Source of the DNA: Auanema rhodensis
Lineage: Eukaryota; Animalia; Nematoda
DNA: 64,000 nucleotides
Direction of reading: 5' to 3'
Assembly (NCBI GenBank): GCA_964057225.1
Contig: OZ059900.1
Location: 19,220,001 to 19,284,000, forward strand
Position numbers and translations under genes: made by a program. This document shows, in pieces, positions 58,820-64,000 of this stretch. How positions within the stretch are numbered: position 1 is the first letter of the stretch; the number at the start of each line of letters is the position of its first letter. The notes beneath the pieces were generated by a model. That model was not told the DNA's origin and ran no database searches. It was given only the letters and a program-made list of their open reading frames with translations.

Positions 58820-59982
58820 AGCTAGGTTTCATTGACATTGCATGAGTTTGAACACATGAAATCGTAAGTCAAAACCTTGTTTACAGCGAAATTTCAAAAA
58901 ACTGGTTTTCCAGCATAATAAAATATTTCTCATAGGAAATACTGTGTTTTTGTATTTTTCTAGTGTTCAGCATGTGAAATGCTTCATTTTAGTATGTAAC
59001 ACGCTGAAATTCGTTGCATTTGACGACTCATATGAACAAAAATCGATTTAATCAATATTAGCCATAAGGGGCGTGCCCTCAGAATATGCTAATTTCCTTA
59101 ATTTTCTAACCCCTGTTTTGTTGTCGTGAAAGTGGAACTAGACGTTGTAGGAACAATTTTGAGCTAGGTTTCATTGACATTGCATGAGTTTGAACACATG
59201 AAATCGTAAGTCAAAACCTTGTTTACAGCGAAATTTCCAAAAACTGGTTTTCCAGCATAATAAAATATTTCTCATGGGAAATACTGTGTTTTTGTATTTT
59301 TCTAGTGTTCAGCATGTAAAATGCTTCATTTTAGTATGTAACACGCTGAAATTCGTTGCATTTGACGACTCATATGAACAAAAATCGATTTAATCAATAT
59401 TAGCCATAAGGGGCGTGCCCTCAGAATATGCTAATTTCCTTAATTTTCTAACCCCTGTTTTTTGTCGTGAAAGTGGAACTAGACGTTGTAGGAACAATTT
59501 TGAGCTAGGTTTCATTGACATTGCATGAGTTTGAACACATGAAATCGTAAGTCAAAACCTTGTTTACAGCGAAATTTCCAAAAACTGGTTTTCCAGCATA
59601 ATAAAATATTTCTCATGGGAAATACTGTGTTTTTGTATTTTTCTAGTGTTCAGCATGTAAAATGCTTCATTTTAGTATGTAACACGCTGAAATTCGTTGC
59701 ATTTGACGACTCATATGAACAAAAATCGATTTAATCAATATTAGCCATAAGGGGCGTGCCCTCAGAATATGCTAATTTCCTTAATTTTCTAACCCCTGTT
59801 TTTTTGTCGTGAAAGTGGAACTAGACGTTGTACGAACGATTTTGAGCTAGGTTTCATTGACATTGCATGAGTTTGAACACATGAAATCGTAAGTCAAAAC
59901 CTTGTTTACAGCGAAATTTCCAAAAACTGGTTTTCCAGCATAATAAAATATTTCTCATGGGAAATACTGTGTTTTTGTATTT
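58820..59982 (-). repeat. Inverted satellite block, copy 1 (1,163 bp, about 3.4 monomers)
   Basis: Reverse-complement monomers (e.g. GTGAAAGTGG ending at 59135, 59476 and 59818). The left junction carries a GAAAAAAAGAAAAAAAG filler; the right junction has an ATTT microhomology at 59,979-59,982. Confidence 0.96.
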
Positions 59983-60137
59983 CAGCGTGTTACATACTAA
60001 AATGAAGCATTTTACATGCTGAACACTAGAAAAATACAAAAACACAGTATTTCCCATGAGAAATATTTTATTATGCTGGAAAACCAGTTTTTGGAAATTT
60101 GAAACCTAGCTCAAAATTGTTCCTACAACGTCTAGTT
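59979..60137 (+). other. Partial forward monomer (positions 126-247 joined to 306-342; 58-bp deletion at 60,100/60,101)
   Basis: Reads GGAAATTT|GAAACCTAGC; positions 248-305 are missing, with a 1-bp T microhomology. The same junction recurs at 62,488/62,489. Confidence 0.92.
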
Positions 60138-61207
60138 CCACTTTAACGACAACAATACAGGGGTTAGAAAATTAAGGAAATTAGCATATTCTGAGGGCAC
60201 GCCCCTTATGGCTAATATTGATTAAATCGATTTTTGTTCATATGAGTCGTCAAATGCAACGAATTTCAGCGTGTTACATACTAAAATGAAGCATTTCACA
60301 TGCTGAACACTAGAAAAATACAAAAACACAGTATTTCTCATGAGAAATATTTTATTATGCTGGAAAACCAGTTTTTGGAAATTTCGCTGTAAACAAGGTT
60401 TTGACTTACGATTTCATGTGTTCAAACTCATGCAATGTCAATGAAACCTAGCTCAAAATTGTTTGTACAACGTCTAGTTCCACTTTCACGACAAAAAAAC
60501 AGGGGGTAGAAAATTAAGGAAATTAGCATATTCTGAGGGCACGCCCCTTATGGCTAATATTGATTAAATCGATTTTTGTTCATATGAGTCGTCAAATGCA
60601 ACGAATTTCAGCGTGTTACATACTAAAATGAAGCATTTTACATGCTGAACACTAGAAAAATACAAAAACACAGTATTTCCCATGAGAAATATTTTATCAT
60701 GCTGGAAAACCAGTTTTTGGAAATTTCGCTGTAAACAAGGTTTTGACTTACGATTTCATGTGTTCAAACTCATGCAATGTCAATGAAACCTAGCTCAAAA
60801 TTGTTTGTACAACGTCTAGTTCCACTTTCACGACAAAAAAACAGGGGTTAGAAAATTAAGGAAATTAGCATATTCTGAGGGCACGCCCCTTATGGCTAAT
60901 ATTGATTAAATCGATTTTTGTTCATATGAGTCGTCAAATGCAACGAATTTCAGCGTGTTACATACTAAAATGAAGCATTTTACATGCTGAACACTAGAAA
61001 AATACAAAAACACAGTATTTCCCATGAGAAATATTTTATCATGCTGGAAAACCAGTTTTTGGAAATTTCGCTGTAAACAAGGTTTTGACTTACGATTTCA
61101 TGTGTTCAAACTCATGCAATGTCAATGAAACCTAGCTCAAAATTGTTCGCACAACGTCTAGTTCCACTTTCACGACAAAAAAACAGGGGTTAGAAAAAAA
61201 GAAAAAA

Positions 61208-62370
61208 AGCTAGGTTTCATTGACATTGCATGAGTTTGAACACATGAAATCGTAAGTCAAAACCTTGTTTACAGCGAAATTTCAAAAAACTGGTTTTCCA
61301 GCATAATAAAATATTTCTCATAGGAAATACTGTGTTTTTGTATTTTTCTAGTGTTCAGCATGTGAAATGCTTCATTTTAGTATGTAACACGCTGAAATTC
61401 GTTGCATTTGACGACTCATATGAACAAAAATCGATTTAATCAATATTAGCCATAAGGGGCGTGCCCTCAGAATATGCTAATTTCCTTAATTTTCTAACCC
61501 CTGTTTTGTTGTCGTGAAAGTGGAACTAGACGTTGTAGGAACAATTTTGAGCTAGGTTTCATTGACATTGCATGAGTTTGAACACATGAAATCGTAAGTC
61601 AAAACCTTGTTTACAGCGAAATTTCCAAAAACTGGTTTTCCAGCATAATAAAATATTTCTCATGGGAAATACTGTGTTTTTGTATTTTTCTAGTGTTCAG
61701 CATGTAAAATGCTTCATTTTAGTATGTAACACGCTGAAATTCGTTGCATTTGACGACTCATATGAACAAAAATCGATTTAATCAATATTAGCCATAAGGG
61801 GCGTGCCCTCAGAATATGCTAATTTCCTTAATTTTCTAACCCCTGTTTTTTGTCGTGAAAGTGGAACTAGACGTTGTAGGAACAATTTTGAGCTAGGTTT
61901 CATTGACATTGCATGAGTTTGAACACATGAAATCGTAAGTCAAAACCTTGTTTACAGCGAAATTTCCAAAAACTGGTTTTCCAGCATAATAAAATATTTC
62001 TCATGGGAAATACTGTGTTTTTGTATTTTTCTAGTGTTCAGCATGTAAAATGCTTCATTTTAGTATGTAACACGCTGAAATTAGTTGCATTTGACGACTC
62101 ATATGAACAAAAATCGATTTAATCAATATTAGCCATAAGGGGCGTGCCCTCAGAATATGCTAATTTCCTTAATTTTCTAACCCCTGTTTTTTTGTCGTGA
62201 AAGTGGAACTAGACGTTGTACGAACAATTTTGAGCTAGGTTTCATTGACATTGCATGAGTTTGAACACATGAAATCGTAAGTCAAAACCTTGTTTACAGC
62301 GAAATTTCCAAAAACTGGTTTTCCAGCATAATAAAATATTTCTCATGGGAAATACTGTGTTTTTGTATTT
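61208..62370 (-). repeat. Inverted satellite block, copy 2 (1,163 bp)
   Basis: Same junctions and private SNPs as copy 1, offset by exactly 2,388 bp. Confidence 0.96.
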
Positions 62371-64000
62371 CAGCGTGTTACATACTAAAATGAAGCATTT
62401 TACATGCTGAACACTAGAAAAATACAAAAACACAGTATTTCCCATGAGAAATATTTTATTATGCTGGAAAACCAGTTTTTGGAAATTTGAAACCTAGCTC
62501 AAAATTGTTCCTACAACGTCTAGTTCCACTTTAACGACAACAATACAGGGGTTAGAAAATTAAGGAAATTAGCATATTCTGAGGGCACGCCCCTTATGGC
62601 TAATATTGATTAAATCGATTTTTGTTCATATGAGTCGTCAAATGCAACGAATTTCAGCGTGTTACATACTAAAATGAAGCATTTCACATGCTGAACACTA
62701 GAAAAATACAAAAACACAGTATTTCCCATGAGAAATATTTTATTATGCTGGAAAACCAGTTTTTGGAAAGTTCGCTGTAAACAAGGTTTTGACTTACGAT
62801 TTCATGTGTTCAAACTCATGCAATGTCAATGAAACCTAGCTCAAAATTGTTCGTACAACGTCTAGTTCCACTTTCACGACAAAAAAACAGGGGTTAGAAA
62901 ATTAAGGAAATTAGCATATTCTGAGGGCACGCCCCTTATGGCTAATATTGATTAAATCGATTTTTGTTCATATGAGTCGTCAAATGCAATTAATTTCAGC
63001 GTGTTACATACTAAAATGAAGCATTTTACATGCTGAACACTAAAAAAATACAAAAACACAGTATTTCCCATGAGAAATATTTTATTATGCTGGAAAACCA
63101 GTTTTTGGAAATTTCGCTGTAAACAAGGTTTTGACTTACGATTTCATGTGTTCAAACTCATGCAATGTCAATGAAACCTAGCTCAAAATTGTTCCTACAA
63201 CGTCTAGTTCCACTTTCACGACAAAAAAACAGGGGTTAGAAAATTAAGGAAATTAGCATATTCTGAGGGCACGCCCCTTATGGCTAATATTGATTAAATC
63301 GATTTTTGTTCATATGAGTCGTCAAATGCAACGAATTTCAGCGTGTTACATACTAAAATGAAGCATTTTACATGCTGAACACTAGAAAAATACAAAAACA
63401 CAGTATTTCCCATGAGAAATATTTTATTATGCTGGAAAACCAGTTTTTGGAAATTTCGCTGTAAACAAGGTTTTGACTTACGATTTCATGTGTTCAAACT
63501 CATGCAATGTCAATGAAACCTAGCTCAAAATTGTTCCTACAACGTCTAGTTCCACTTTCACGACAACAAAACAGGGGTTAGAAAATTAAGGAAATTAGCA
63601 TATTCTGAGGGCACGCCCCTTATGGCTAATATTGATTAAATCGATTTTTGTTCATATGAGTCGTCAAATGCAACGAATTTCAGCGTGTTACATACTAAAA
63701 TGAAGCATTTCACATGCTGAACACTGAAAAAATACAAAAACACAGTATTTCCCATGAGAAATATTTTATTATGCTGGAAAACCAGTTTTTGGAAATTTCG
63801 CTGTAAACAAGGTTTTGACTTACGATTTCATGTGTTCAAACTCATGCAATGTCAATGAAACCTAGCTCAAAATTGTTCCTACAACGTCTAGTTCCACTTT
63901 CACGACAACAAAACAGGGGTTAGAAAATTAAGGAAATTAGCATATTCTGAGGGCACGCCCCTTATGGCTAATATTGATTAAATCGATTTTTGTTCATATG

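Larger units (their letters stand above)
57910..62725. repeat. Tandem duplication of a 2,388-bp inversion-containing unit (two copies)
   Basis: The junctions, the TTCGCAC SNP (58762/61150), the 58-bp deletion and the TTTAACGACAACAATAC variant all repeat at +2,388. The copy boundary maps to 60,298-60,337, between diagnostic SNPs. Confidence 0.9.
1..64000 (+). repeat. Tandem satellite DNA array, 342-bp monomer, about 187 copies (probably centromeric/pericentromeric; runs off both window ends)
   Basis: The motif CCACTTTCACGACAAAAAAACAGGGG recurs at 1, 343, 685, 1027 ... every 342 bp. The phase shifts only at 14,877-14,943 (-105), 27,369-27,439 (+57), about 50,276 (-1) and the 58.8-62.5 kb rearrangement. 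Monomers differ by a handful of SNPs. The centromeric assignment is inference from size and homogeneity. Confidence 0.98.

Noticed and set aside
59854-60057. 67-aa ORF on the minus strand
   Set aside because: It spans the inversion's right junction and fuses two satellite fragments of opposite polarity. It has no recognisable domain and exists only because the junction bypasses stop codons.
58820-62370. Transposon or MITE insertion explaining the inverted blocks
   Set aside because: The inverted DNA is purely satellite sequence, with no foreign sequence, terminal inverted repeats or target-site duplication.
62242-62445. Second, identical 67-aa ORF
   Set aside because: It is the same junction duplicated at +2,388 bp, so the identity reflects recent duplication rather than coding constraint.
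1-64000. CRISPR array or other repeat-spacer system
   Set aside because: The units are 342 bp and nearly identical end to end, with no unique spacers and no cas or other genes.

Overview
The whole 64-kb window is one highly homogeneous tandem satellite array: about 187 copies of a 342-bp monomer (about 34% GC by hand count of monomer 1), most differing from the consensus at only 0-5 positions. It looks like eukaryotic centromeric or pericentromeric satellite DNA, but I cannot assign the family or organism from sequence alone. I find no credible genes, RNA genes, transposons or CRISPR array; the two 67-aa ORFs are by-products of an inversion junction. The informative signal is structural. (1) A mosaic of SNP-defined higher-order repeats (HORs) whose period changes along the array (3-mer, dimer, nested 4+4+3 11-mer, 7-mer, 4-mer, 3-mer, 2x2-mer). 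(2) Two repair scars: a 151-bp deletion with an iterated templated insertion at about 14.9 kb, and a 74-bp inverted snap-back insertion at about 27.4 kb. (3) A 1,163-bp inversion with a linked 58-bp deletion, later tandemly duplicated as a 2,388-bp unit (about 57.9-62.7 kb), which sits at the boundary between two SNP subfamilies. (4) Rearrangement breakpoints cluster at the edges of dyad elements in the monomer. All coordinates were derived by hand.
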